A stretch of 39,523 bases of DNA from a bacterium (GCA_043809805.1 JBDROR010000247.1:1-39523), one strand, 5' to 3'. Shown: positions 17,101-25,022, counted from the first letter of the stretch. Numbers and translations are program-made. Notes: generated by a model not told the origin, from the letters alone.

Positions 17101-18368
17101 GTTGTGGAAATTACCGCTTCAGATGGAATTAAATTAATTGGATGTGATCCATTTTCATATTTTGACTCATGACATTTACGGCATAACCCGGAATTTTTAT
17201 TAGAAATAGCCATAATTTTACCGTCAGTTCCATCATTAGCGCTATTATCTGCGGCATTATGAACCTTGTGGCAGCTTTCACATGTGACCAAATTATTTGG
17301 CCCTAGTTTCAAACTTTTGGGGACACTTTCTGGGTGCAATTCGTTAGTTAACAGCATGTTTACAGGATGTGTCCCTGTATTTTTTCCGCCAGTATCTTTA
17401 TTAAGTTTATCCCTATGGCATGTTTCACAGAAAGAGGAATTCACATTGTTGTCCACTAAAAGACGTGTTTCTTTTACCGCAGAGTGCGAAGAATGGCAGG
17501 AAACACATATCAAACTTTTGTCTTTGCCCATATTAGACGGATTTCCGGAATGCCATCGATACGGAATCGACGCCTTTTTTTGAGGAACGTCAACGGGATG
17601 AGAATCATGGCCGGTTCCATCCTTTTTGCCCGGACTATTTGTATGGCACGCCTCACAAAGCTCTGCGGACGTCCCGTCTTTTACCGGAAGCAATAAAAGA
17701 TTTTCCGCTTCGGCGGAATGGATCCTATGACAGCTTTCACAAATTATCTTATTAGGTTTATCCCCGCTGTACGCCCCTGCATCTTTTAGCCCTTTTGAAA
17801 AAGGGAGAGAATCTACATTTATCGGATGCATTCCTTCCTTCGGGCCGCTAACCTTATCCTTATGGCAGTCCATACACATTTCCGAGTTCTTGTTTTCTAC
17901 GCGAAGATAACAGGCGCGTTCCGGCACCACACCATCCTGGATACCTATAGCATGGGCAGTATGACAGCTTCCACAGTCTAATTCACCATAGAAACCATCT
18001 TCATCTTCATATGCGAAATTATTTACAAAATACAAAGGATATTTTTTTGAAATAGCTGCTCTTTCAAATGGAACTACCTTTATTGGATGGGAGATCTTTT
18101 TGCCCCAGACTTTGATGCGGGAATCCACCATAGAGCCGTCATGACAACTATAACAAATCCACTCATCCGCAACATATCGTTTAGCGCCAATATATCGCGG
18201 GATACGATCAGGGTTGTCTTTTTTTGAATGATCAGGATGCCATGCATAATGACAAACAGCACATTCCTGATTGGCGCTTTCAGGCATAACACTTCTGGCC
18301 CAAATTAGTTTTTGGGCAAAAAGCAAACATAGCATCGTTATTAGGAAAAAGGGAAAAAGACGTTTCAT
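14190..18368 (-). CDS. Giant multihaem c-type cytochrome, 34 CXXCH motifs
   Basis: 1392 aa with signal peptide MKRLFPFFLITMLCLLFAQKLIWA. I counted 34 CXXCH by eye. The C-terminal ~780 aa are tandem four-haem modules. Confidence 0.9.
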   Translation of the reverse strand: MKRLFPFFLITMLCLLFAQKLIWARSVMPESANQECAVCHYAWHPDHSKKDNPDRIPRYIGAKRYVADEWICYSCHDGSMVDSRIKVWGKKISHPIKVVPFERAAISKKYPLYFVNNFAYEDEDGFYGELDCGSCHTAHAIGIQDGVVPERACYLRVENKNSEMCMDCHKDKVSGPKEGMHPINVDSLPFSKGLKDAGAYSGDKPNKIICESCHRIHSAEAENLLLLPVKDGTSAELCEACHTNSPGKKDGTGHDSHPVDVPQKKASIPYRWHSGNPSNMGKDKSLICVSCHSSHSAVKETRLLVDNNVNSSFCETCHRDKLNKDTGGKNTGTHPVNMLLTNELHPESVPKSLKLGPNNLVTCESCHKVHNAADNSANDGTDGKIMAISNKNSGLCRKCHESKYENGSHPINLIPSEAVISTTLLALGAIKGVEGRLVCESCHKIHDSAPATRNLLTANKFSSLCNICHENKVIRGMRDSIGSIKHPVNIISDKVKIAEDIVRAGGALGPNKEVICATCHLPHKGIKDTPLLVTKNVQSSICLDCHKDKKTIIYSDHNLAITAPAELNIQDQTAAQSGICRSCHFSHGWAKKLSGKNDFVTQLCTSCHNKDGSAGKKPIDKYSHPTDKSIKKADGTASLPLFDEMGQQKADGNIFCTSCHDPHVWNPNMLDTTFSQNREGDFTNSFLRKPNDAKSGLCKDCHEDKFFIENTEHDMSVISPDAKNIEKKTSSDGGICSACHLAHNGKERKMWARDVPRIGKDTSGNLCFSCHSVGSDSEKNPGEDKKILTDGVETFTHPTAVPISDADGSSTLPLFNDKGESLENGNVYCNSCHDPHVWDPAKKKVSLRKNTEGNQTNSFLRISNFPSPDLCKDCHEKQALVERTDHDLANTAPLVKNFENNTRKTGGVCSPCHVAHNGLGPKIWARKLGDTSGNDTADVSSKFCFSCHSNNKCGEKKQLGQFSHPVNVPITNAPIVTVDGITTLPTFNKVYCYSCHDPHVWDSKRNTKGNAKENIEGTALNSFLRLASDPEATLCRDCHTPQGFVVGTDHDMKISAPEEKNMLRQTVFESGPCGACHVPHNASAEKLWAKQKGNGIDSITPLCGSCHNKDGCGNTKQLGATHPVGIDFSLLGLRGESPFPIFTLQGTNDMEKGKVLCSTCHNLHQWDPDKKENGPGMKVEGDIKNSFLRENNTNSEMCTACHSNKKYVVNTDHDMRITAPSEKNVINQTAEEGGPCSACHIPHNAFEKPLMWAKIPQINPETPSMLCKSCHAINQRAAGKIPVVDTHPTDIIATNIGRRVEREPGSLPLFDKGNGSRVTSGIISCGSCHNPHQWEAGKPNNAPGENTEGTASNSFLRKKDFTLCADCHRFDTIFRYKYYHIPRMREVGRGLE

Positions 18369-18373
18369 TATTC

Positions 18374-18443
18374 TAGTTTTCAGTTGTTAGTTTTCAGTTG
18401 TTAGATAAAAATCTGAAAACTGACGACTGAAAACTGACAACTA
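18374..18443. repeat. Heptamer-based palindromic element
   Basis: tag ttttcag ttgttag ttttcag ttgttag ataaaaat ctgaaaa ctgacga ctgaaaa ctgacaa cta. It fills the whole 72-nt gap between the NHL gene and the 34-haem gene. Confidence 0.85.
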
Positions 18444-19367
18444 CTGTAAACTGAAGACCTCAATAAGGTTGGCAATCATTTCAACCACATAGAGACGATT
18501 AGCATCGTCGACTAAAATTCCGACCGGCGTAATAAAATTCCTGCGATTATCATACTCGTTGTTGATTAAAGAGAGGAGTTCCCCATCCCTATTGAACACT
18601 TGAATCACACCAAGAAAGCTATCGCTTACAAATATTCTGTCCTGTTTATCTATAGTAATACCTTTTGGGCGGTAAAAAGTTCCTTTTTTTATACCCCAAA
18701 AACCTATTTGTCGCAAATAATTCCCGTCCTGATCAAAAACCTGCACACGAGCATTAATAACATCAACTACATAAATTTCACCGTTACTATCGCTTGATAA
18801 CATAAACGGGAACCTGAATTCCCCTTTTCTTCTGCCATTGGCGCCCCACTCTCTTACAAATTCCCCTTTTTTGTCATACACTAAAACCCTGTGGTTATCG
18901 TTGTCTACAATAAAACACTTGTCTTGGACAATAATAATATCCGTAGGATCAGCCGGCACTGTTCCTTCACCTGATTTGAGCGAAAATTGGTATTGGGAAT
19001 TTCCATCAGAATCGAATACCGCAATTCTATGATTTCCAGAATCAGCTACGTAAACTTTCCCATCGGTATCTACGGCAATTCCAAGAGGAGACATCAATTC
19101 TCCGGATTGACTGCCTTTTACACCAAATTCTTTAATGAATTCACCCTTTTGATTAGTGACTACAACTCTGTGATTTACCCCGTCGAGTATATATAGGCTT
19201 CCGCCTGGGCCGACAGCTATGTCGCTTGGTTGGTTTAAAGGTGCAGAGTCAGGGCCTTTAATTTCAGAAAGAAAACGGACTTTTATGGAAGTTTCTTCTC
19301 CAAGTACATAAACACTCTTCGTGAGAAGAAGTATAAAAAAAAGGAGGGCAAATTTTTTTTTAAACAT
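18441..19367 (-). CDS. Secreted NHL-repeat beta-propeller protein
   Basis: 308 aa with a signal peptide. There are about six repeats of the type P.GIAVD..G.iYVaD..NhRv.VFd..G. Confidence 0.85.
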   Translation of the reverse strand: MFKKKFALLFFILLLTKSVYVLGEETSIKVRFLSEIKGPDSAPLNQPSDIAVGPGGSLYILDGVNHRVVVTNQKGEFIKEFGVKGSQSGELMSPLGIAVDTDGKVYVADSGNHRIAVFDSDGNSQYQFSLKSGEGTVPADPTDIIIVQDKCFIVDNDNHRVLVYDKKGEFVREWGANGRRKGEFRFPFMLSSDSNGEIYVVDVINARVQVFDQDGNYLRQIGFWGIKKGTFYRPKGITIDKQDRIFVSDSFLGVIQVFNRDGELLSLINNEYDNRRNFITPVGILVDDANRLYVVEMIANLIEVFSLQ

Positions 19368-19390
19368 GTTTTCCGCACAACTTATTATAT

Positions 19391-19623
19391 TGTCATTTCG
19401 ACCACACCACTTGTGTCATTTCGACCGACTATTTTTGTCATTTCGACCGAAGGGAGAAATCTTTCTTCTCGCAGAAGACAGATTCCTCGCTCCCGCTCGG
19501 AATGACAACACTTCACTCAGAATAACAACATTCGGGGCGACCGCAAAGGCCGCCCCTACAAATTTCCCCACAACCCACAACACATCCACACAACAATAGG
19601 GCGATTCATGAATCGCCCCTACA
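19391..19623. repeat. Composite repeat block (family A units, then two family B hairpins)
   Basis: tgtcatttcgacc occurs three times, followed by gaagggagaaatct and agattcctcgctcccgctcggaatgaca. Then come ggggcgaccgcaaaggccgcccctaca and tagggcgattcatgaatcgcccctaca. Confidence 0.85.
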
Positions 19624-19624
19624 A

Positions 19625-20446
19625 TTACATACCCTTTTTAGTCCCGAAGAGACTACTCGGAATATAAAACCTGCCATATCGCCCGATAATTCCCGCGGCT
19701 TCAGTTCCGACTAGTTGGTCCATACGCGCTTCTGAATATCCAAGGGCTTTGAAAGATAGAACACTTTTAACACGATGACAATCTGTGCAATCCAATCCGG
19801 GATTAGATACTGCCTGATGTATGCGTCCTTTGATTATTCCTTGTTGACTGGTAGTCAACCTGCCCTGCATGGATACGAAAGGTCTGGCAAATTTTTCATC
19901 ATCCATCCGCATAGTTATCATTTTAAAACGTCCGTTTTCTTCAACATACGGCGTAATTAAAGGGGCACTGCCCCTTCCGGTAATCTCTTCATCAAAAGCA
20001 GAAATAAGCTGGTTAACATAAGGTTTTATCCTTATCAAGGGTTCTACTTTTCTTTCCCCTTTTTTTAACTCTGCTATACTGGCACTGCTTCCGTCAAACC
20101 ATCGATACCCGCTAATTCCGCCCTTTACATCTTTTACATGACAGGCATTGCAGTCTGTAAACGGAATATGAAAATTAAGCATAGCCCTTGTAACCTTATT
20201 TTTTGCATGGGGCATATCTCCATGACAAAGAACGCAAATCAAAGGATTTTGATCCTCGAAAGGGGCAGCATCTCCTTCTGTTTTGTTATGAAAATGGAAC
20301 TGCCGGGATTCCTTTTCGTTTACAATAAGTTTTTCTGTTAGCAGAATGTGATCCTCTCCTGACTTAATAGGTGCAACAAACGCCAACGCCACAGCGGAAA
20401 CCACAGCCACGGCCGCGCTTATCAATACATTACGTTTCTGCATCAT
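19625..20446 (-). CDS. Trihaem c-type cytochrome with an N-terminal anchor or signal
   Basis: 273 aa with CVLCH, CNACH and CTDCH. Hydrophobic N-terminus VLISAAVAVVSAVALAFV. SD-like AAGGGGGGT lies upstream. Confidence 0.75.
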   Translation of the reverse strand: MMQKRNVLISAAVAVVSAVALAFVAPIKSGEDHILLTEKLIVNEKESRQFHFHNKTEGDAAPFEDQNPLICVLCHGDMPHAKNKVTRAMLNFHIPFTDCNACHVKDVKGGISGYRWFDGSSASIAELKKGERKVEPLIRIKPYVNQLISAFDEEITGRGSAPLITPYVEENGRFKMITMRMDDEKFARPFVSMQGRLTTSQQGIIKGRIHQAVSNPGLDCTDCHRVKSVLSFKALGYSEARMDQLVGTEAAGIIGRYGRFYIPSSLFGTKKGM

Positions 20447-20471
20447 ATCCTACCCCCCTTTTCTTAAACTT

Positions 20472-20624
20472 AACCACAGAGAACACGGAGAAACCCTCCC
20501 TCTGTGTCCTCAAATTTAATCTTTTTATACCGTTTTTTAGCATTTCCACATTGCTCTTACCAAACCCAACTTACAACTGAGAACACTGAGAAATTCCTAG
20601 CTTTTCTCTGTGATCTCTGTGGTT
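20472..20624. repeat. Inverted repeat block of cacagagaacacggagaaa-type units
   Basis: aaccacagagaacacggagaaa at 20472-20493 pairs with tttctctgtgatctctgtggtt at 20603-20624 (20 of 22 complementary). Related internal units are ctccctctgtgtcctc and actgagaacactgagaaa. Confidence 0.8.
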
Positions 20625-20638
20625 CATTTTTTATTTCC

Positions 20639-21436
20639 TCATGTTTCTCTCTTTTCTTTTGCCACAATTTCATCATACCACATTTTACGCTCATGTATCA
20701 TTTCTTCTTCTGTCATTTTCCCTGTAATCCATGATTTAATCATTGGAAAATTTTCAGGGACAAAATGAACATTATAAAAATGGAATGTAAAAATAAAGAT
20801 AGTCGCCAAAAATGCCTCATAACTATGAATTGTAATACATACTGTCATCCACCACCAAGGCATGAAGGACATAACAAATTCCCTGAACAACAAGCACACA
20901 CCCGTGAGGCCGATCATTATTGTGCCAAATATGACGGCAAGATAATCAATTTTTTCCGCGTAAGCCCATTTTTTTAAGGCTGGCGGTTCCTTCTTTGTCC
21001 CAAAAAAATATCTAAACTTGTCGGCTATATCCCTACCATCTTTAGCCGATGGACACAAAGCAAGATCCCCCGTTTTCAACCTTGAAAAAAAGTTTTTAAA
21101 AGGGTTCCACCCTTCATGTATCCACCTGAAGATCAAATAACCAAAATGATAAACAGTTAATAACAAGCTCAAAATTCCACAAATACGGTGTATTACCGGT
21201 GCTATTTCCGGTCCGCCAAAGAGCATAAACAAAGGTTTAGAGTACGGCATATGCGGAAATTTTTGGGGCATTCCAGTCGCTATTAAAATCAAAAATGTAA
21301 CAGTCAAAACCAAATGCTGAATAATTTGATTAACAGTCAATCTTTGAAACAGCCTCGGCCCCCCGGTTCTCGCCGGCTTAGGGCTCGCCACCCCGGAACT
21401 CGCCCCCATGGGGCTCGTGCAACCAGAATATTCCAT
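20639..21436 (-). CDS. Membrane b-type cytochrome, FdnI/HydC-like
   Basis: 265 aa. The start of the fold, RLTVNQIIQHLVLTVTFLILIATGMPQKF, is typical. There are four to five TM segments with conserved His residues. AGGAG lies 8 nt upstream. Confidence 0.65.
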   Translation of the reverse strand: MEYSGCTSPMGASSGVASPKPARTGGPRLFQRLTVNQIIQHLVLTVTFLILIATGMPQKFPHMPYSKPLFMLFGGPEIAPVIHRICGILSLLLTVYHFGYLIFRWIHEGWNPFKNFFSRLKTGDLALCPSAKDGRDIADKFRYFFGTKKEPPALKKWAYAEKIDYLAVIFGTIMIGLTGVCLLFREFVMSFMPWWWMTVCITIHSYEAFLATIFIFTFHFYNVHFVPENFPMIKSWITGKMTEEEMIHERKMWYDEIVAKEKRET

Positions 21437-21475
21437 GATCCAACTCCTTTCAATCCCCCGACAGGAGACTTTTCA

Positions 21476-22642
21476 TCATTTTTTAGACGGCCCAAGTATT
21501 TTTCTCAACAAATCTAAAGTAATCATAGTAAGGGCAAAAGCCAATACAAGGTAAACCAACCAGAAATAAACTTCACTTAGAATGGTTAACCCAAGATAAT
21601 CCCTTGTGTCAATATGCGCAACTGAACGAGCAAAGGATTTAGATTCTTTGGCTTTCGGGTGACAAATATCAATACTGCATGTTTTTACCAGATTATCTTT
21701 TTCTTTCTTAAAATGTCTGCCTTCTGTAATATAAACCGCTGAACTTTCAAAACCAGGTTTCCCCTCTTTATTGCTTAATAATTCATGTATCCCCGCTCCT
21801 CCGCCTGACGCACGGTCTGGGTCCATTGGATAATTGACTTTGGTATGACAATCAGCGCATCCAGCCCATCTTTCTCCACCATGATAAACCATTTTATAAT
21901 GAAATGTTTTTTCATATTCCGTAACCGGCGCGGAACTGAGTTTGTGTCTTTTCATCATATCGTCATTACCATGACAGTCAACACAAAGTTGAACCGCCTG
22001 ATATTTGGTTCTGCTGGTCTTCATATCAAAACGATGTTTTGTATGGCGGTAAAATCTAGCGGAATAGTTGTCCTTGTGACACCCACGGCATCTTTTCAGC
22101 TGAAAATCATTAACCAGTGGTATTTCACTTCCCACTCTTTCATAAACCGGGTTTTCACTATGACAGTACACACAATATGGCGCGTCCTTATCTTGTTTTT
22201 CCGGCGGTATTTCTCTGTCAGCTATACCGTGAACACTTTCTTTATAAGCATTATAGACATTTTGATGAGAGAAATATTTTTTATCGTTTGAATCATTCGC
22301 CCGGGATGGTTCAATTACGCTGTGGCATACCGAGTTACAGTGAACCTTTTCTGTAATTAACGGCTGGTGAGGAACTTTTGGTTCGTTCCCTTCCATAATA
22401 TAAGTATGACAGTCTACGCACCTGACATTTCCATGAACACTTCTGGTAATAAAAATATCCTCTTCTATATAAAAATTCCTTTTTATTCCTTTCTCGTTCA
22501 TCCGGATAAAACCGGGATGGTCATGACATACCATACAGCCATCCGGATCGGCCGCCGCGGAACTTTGATGTTCGTAAAAAATACATATGAAGGTTAATAC
22601 AAATAACGCGAAAACGCCCCTAACAAAATTTTTTCTATTCAA
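21476..22642 (-). CDS. Multihaem c-type cytochrome (6 CXXCH plus CX3CH and CX4CH variants) with a C-terminal TM anchor
   Basis: 388 aa with CMVCH, CVDCH, CVYCH, CRGCH, CVDCH, CADCH, CNSVCH and CSIDICH. The C-terminal segment is LTILSEVYFWLVYLVLAFALTMITL. TTG start with GGGGGTGA upstream. Confidence 0.8.
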   Translation of the reverse strand: MNRKNFVRGVFALFVLTFICIFYEHQSSAAADPDGCMVCHDHPGFIRMNEKGIKRNFYIEEDIFITRSVHGNVRCVDCHTYIMEGNEPKVPHQPLITEKVHCNSVCHSVIEPSRANDSNDKKYFSHQNVYNAYKESVHGIADREIPPEKQDKDAPYCVYCHSENPVYERVGSEIPLVNDFQLKRCRGCHKDNYSARFYRHTKHRFDMKTSRTKYQAVQLCVDCHGNDDMMKRHKLSSAPVTEYEKTFHYKMVYHGGERWAGCADCHTKVNYPMDPDRASGGGAGIHELLSNKEGKPGFESSAVYITEGRHFKKEKDNLVKTCSIDICHPKAKESKSFARSVAHIDTRDYLGLTILSEVYFWLVYLVLAFALTMITLDLLRKILGPSKK

Positions 22643-22648
22643 GATTTC

Positions 22649-22730
22649 ACCCCCTTGTTTCCTCCCCCCTTGTGGGGGAAGATTAAGGTGGGGGATGTAA
22701 TTTCAATCACTCTTACCCCTCACCCTGCCT
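22649..22730. repeat. C/G-tract hairpin repeat
   Basis: tcctcccccc-ttgt-gggggaaga followed by aaggtggggga and accctcaccctgcc. Its minus-strand copy supplies the SD for the upstream-reading cytochrome gene. Confidence 0.6.
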
Positions 22731-22800
22731 TTCCTCAAATTAACAAAAAAACAGCATTGATATTAACATAATAACAGTTCTTATGTCAATAAGGAAAAAA

Positions 22801-22989
22801 CTAGTGCGACCGAACTGTCAATATCGAGCCATCAAACAATTTTATTAAATGAACAATTCCAACAAAAAGAAAAAACGCGCCGAGCAAAGATACTATTCCC
22901 CCGCTCGTCAGACAAAGATACCCGCCGACTACGTAAGATACCGTTAGTAACCATACACATATGACTTGCAAAAATTTTTCTATATTCAA
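22801..22989 (-). CDS. Small two-TM membrane protein (62 aa)
   Basis: TTG start with AAGGGGGG about 6 nt upstream. Two hydrophobic helices. It lies inside the cytochrome operon. Confidence 0.45.
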   Translation of the reverse strand: MNIEKFLQVICVWLLTVSYVVGGYLCLTSGGIVSLLGAFFLFVGIVHLIKLFDGSILTVRSH

Positions 22990-23010
22990 GTATATCCCCC
23001 CCTTCCGTAG

Positions 23011-23080
23011 TAGTTGTTAGTTTTCAGTTGTTAGTTGTCAGATAAAAATCTAAAAACTGAAAACTAACAACTGAAAACTA
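23011..23080. repeat. Second copy of the heptamer-based palindromic element
   Basis: tag ttgttag ttttcag ttgttag ttgtcag ataaaaat ctaaaaa ctgaaaa ctaacaa ctgaaaa cta. It uses the same heptamers and the same ATAAAAAT centre as 18374-18443. Confidence 0.85.
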
Positions 23081-23082
23081 AT

Positions 23083-24723
23083 TTACTTCAATCCCCTCCC
23101 CGTATGGCACACCTGACATAACAATCCGTCTTTTTTAACTAAACGCAGTTTGTCCGGCTCATCCGCGCCTTTCGCTCCTGCTCCCCACGGGATGATTCCC
23201 TTTTCGTGGGGATTATGACATGTTACACATGTTACATTTTCTTCCCCATCCATTGGAAAAAATACATTCTGTTCAATTTCATAAACACTTTTTCTCTTTT
23301 GCATATCGGCAGATACCCGTTTCATATGATCTTTTTGCCCTGGATGGAATTTATCCCTGTGGCAGCGCACACATAAATCTGCCATAGGAGCGACAAAATT
23401 ACTGGAATCCTGCTTTTGCATCTTAACTTTTCTATCAGGCTGGACGCGATGACAATATAAACAAACGCCTTCCCGCACAATTCCTCTGGAATCTATCTGA
23501 TCATGAACATTATATTTTATATACGCGTCGCGTTCATGGCAATCGAAACATATATCGCTACGGTATTGATATGGCCCGCCGCGAAGGAATATCTTATTAT
23601 TTTTTTTAACTTCTTTTTTATTTTCTATCTGACAGTCCGCGAGATGGCAAGTGAGGCAAGTAATTTTTCCGTCAAAAAGCCTAAGTTTTTTTGGGTTATG
23701 CCTGCCCGGGATATCCACTGAAACATTAACCGGATGGAAATCCGCGGTTCTCCAGGGGAACTCATCTTTATGGCAACGCATACAAGCATCCACCACATTA
23801 CCACCAAATCTAATATTCGAAACGCCCTTTACAGGCTCTTCCGTATGACAAGTTACGCAAAAAGCATTTTTAAAATGAGGGTTTATTTTTTTAGATTCAT
23901 TTGCTAATTCTTCATATCCTGAATTAACAAAATGTCCTTTTTGGGAATAACCGTGGACATCATGGCAAGTCACACATTCCGGATCTTCTTTCAAATCCGA
24001 ATAGGGGTTCACATCTTTATAGTGTTCAGGACTTAATTCATTGTGGCAAAAATGACATATATTTTCTGTTTTCTGCCGTAGGGGCGATTCGGTGAATCGC
24101 CCTGTTGGGCGACCCAGCGGGTCGCCCCTACTTCCGACATGACAAAATTCACACGGAGACATATCTCCCTTATGAGGGATGCGCGACGCAACCCTGTCTC
24201 CATGGCAACTTTTGCAAAATGATTCGCGATTTTGGAAAACAGGCTCGAAATCAAACGCGCTTTTTGGAAAACCCCTGAGCAGATAAAAGTTACCTATACC
24301 GGCATGAAGGTCATGGCAGGTGGAACAGATGATAGCGCCCGTTCCACTTCCGTATTTCCCTATGGGGAAGATGTCTGGAATAGACATAGGTTTTTCTATT
24401 TTTCTGGCATCCACCCCTGTCGGATGGAGGCTCGTTTTTTTATGACAGCTTTCGCATAAGCTTATTTCATCAAACCAGAATGTACCCGCCCACGTCCGAA
24501 GCTCTTCTTCCGTCGAACCTGGTATAGGCCTTTGTTTGTGACAACTCTCACAACTTACCCCAAGATGCGGTTCAGACACTTCTTCAAATAAAGGCTTCGG
24601 TTGCGCCTCTGGTTCTTCTATAACAATTTTTTCATCGTATTCTCCCTCAGCCGCACAGAACGACAAAAGAGAGAAAAAATATAAAACAAAAATAACGAAA
24701 GAGATCAGACGCGAATTTTTCAT
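23083..24723 (-). CDS. Multihaem c-type cytochrome, 15 CXXCH motifs
   Basis: 546 aa with signal peptide MKNSRLISFVIFVLYFFSLLSFCAA. I counted 15 CXXCH motifs. Confidence 0.85.
   Translation of the reverse strand: MKNSRLISFVIFVLYFFSLLSFCAAEGEYDEKIVIEEPEAQPKPLFEEVSEPHLGVSCESCHKQRPIPGSTEEELRTWAGTFWFDEISLCESCHKKTSLHPTGVDARKIEKPMSIPDIFPIGKYGSGTGAIICSTCHDLHAGIGNFYLLRGFPKSAFDFEPVFQNRESFCKSCHGDRVASRIPHKGDMSPCEFCHVGSRGDPLGRPTGRFTESPLRQKTENICHFCHNELSPEHYKDVNPYSDLKEDPECVTCHDVHGYSQKGHFVNSGYEELANESKKINPHFKNAFCVTCHTEEPVKGVSNIRFGGNVVDACMRCHKDEFPWRTADFHPVNVSVDIPGRHNPKKLRLFDGKITCLTCHLADCQIENKKEVKKNNKIFLRGGPYQYRSDICFDCHERDAYIKYNVHDQIDSRGIVREGVCLYCHRVQPDRKVKMQKQDSSNFVAPMADLCVRCHRDKFHPGQKDHMKRVSADMQKRKSVYEIEQNVFFPMDGEENVTCVTCHNPHEKGIIPWGAGAKGADEPDKLRLVKKDGLLCQVCHTGRGLK
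24078..24131. repeat. 54-nt double-hairpin family B repeat inside the 15-haem cytochrome CDS
   Basis: gtaggggcgattcggtgaatcgccctgttgggcgacccagcgggtcgcccctac. It spans 18 codons in frame and encodes roughly GSRGDPLGRPTGRFTESPL between two haem motifs. Confidence 0.8.
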
Positions 24724-24844
24724 TATTAAGGAAACCTAATCCTGCTAAGGATTGTAGCATAAAACAAATTTCTAAGTCAATAAAAAAATTGACCTTGGAC
24801 ATTCCACTTTAGACAGCAGCATTGCTTTACTAAACCCAACTTAT

Positions 24845-24917
24845 TGTCATCCCGGGCGGTTCCTTATTATTTCAGCATTTTCCAATCCTTGTCATTCCGA
24901 ACGAAGTGAGGAATCTT
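24845..24917. repeat. Family A repeats in the divergent promoter region
   Basis: tgtcatcccgggcggttcc and tgtcattccgaacgaagtgaggaatcttatacta. The second unit recurs at 27188-27220 with the same tail. Confidence 0.8.
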
Positions 24918-25022
24918 ATACTAGTGAGACTATCGTTACATGTTTTACAGTATTTTGTTATGGGGCAAATTCTTTAAATTTAAGATTGCTTTTTCTCTGC
25001 AATTTGATATTCTCATTATGTT

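Noticed and set aside
14229-17696. Numerous plus-strand ORFs (14229-14807, 15445-15807, 15521-15847, 16075-16266, 16352-16570, 16834-17043, 17266-17583, 17484-17696) inside the 34-haem cytochrome gene
   Set aside because: All are antisense or out of frame to a 1392-aa ORF with 34 regularly spaced CXXCH motifs. Their products are low-complexity with no motifs.
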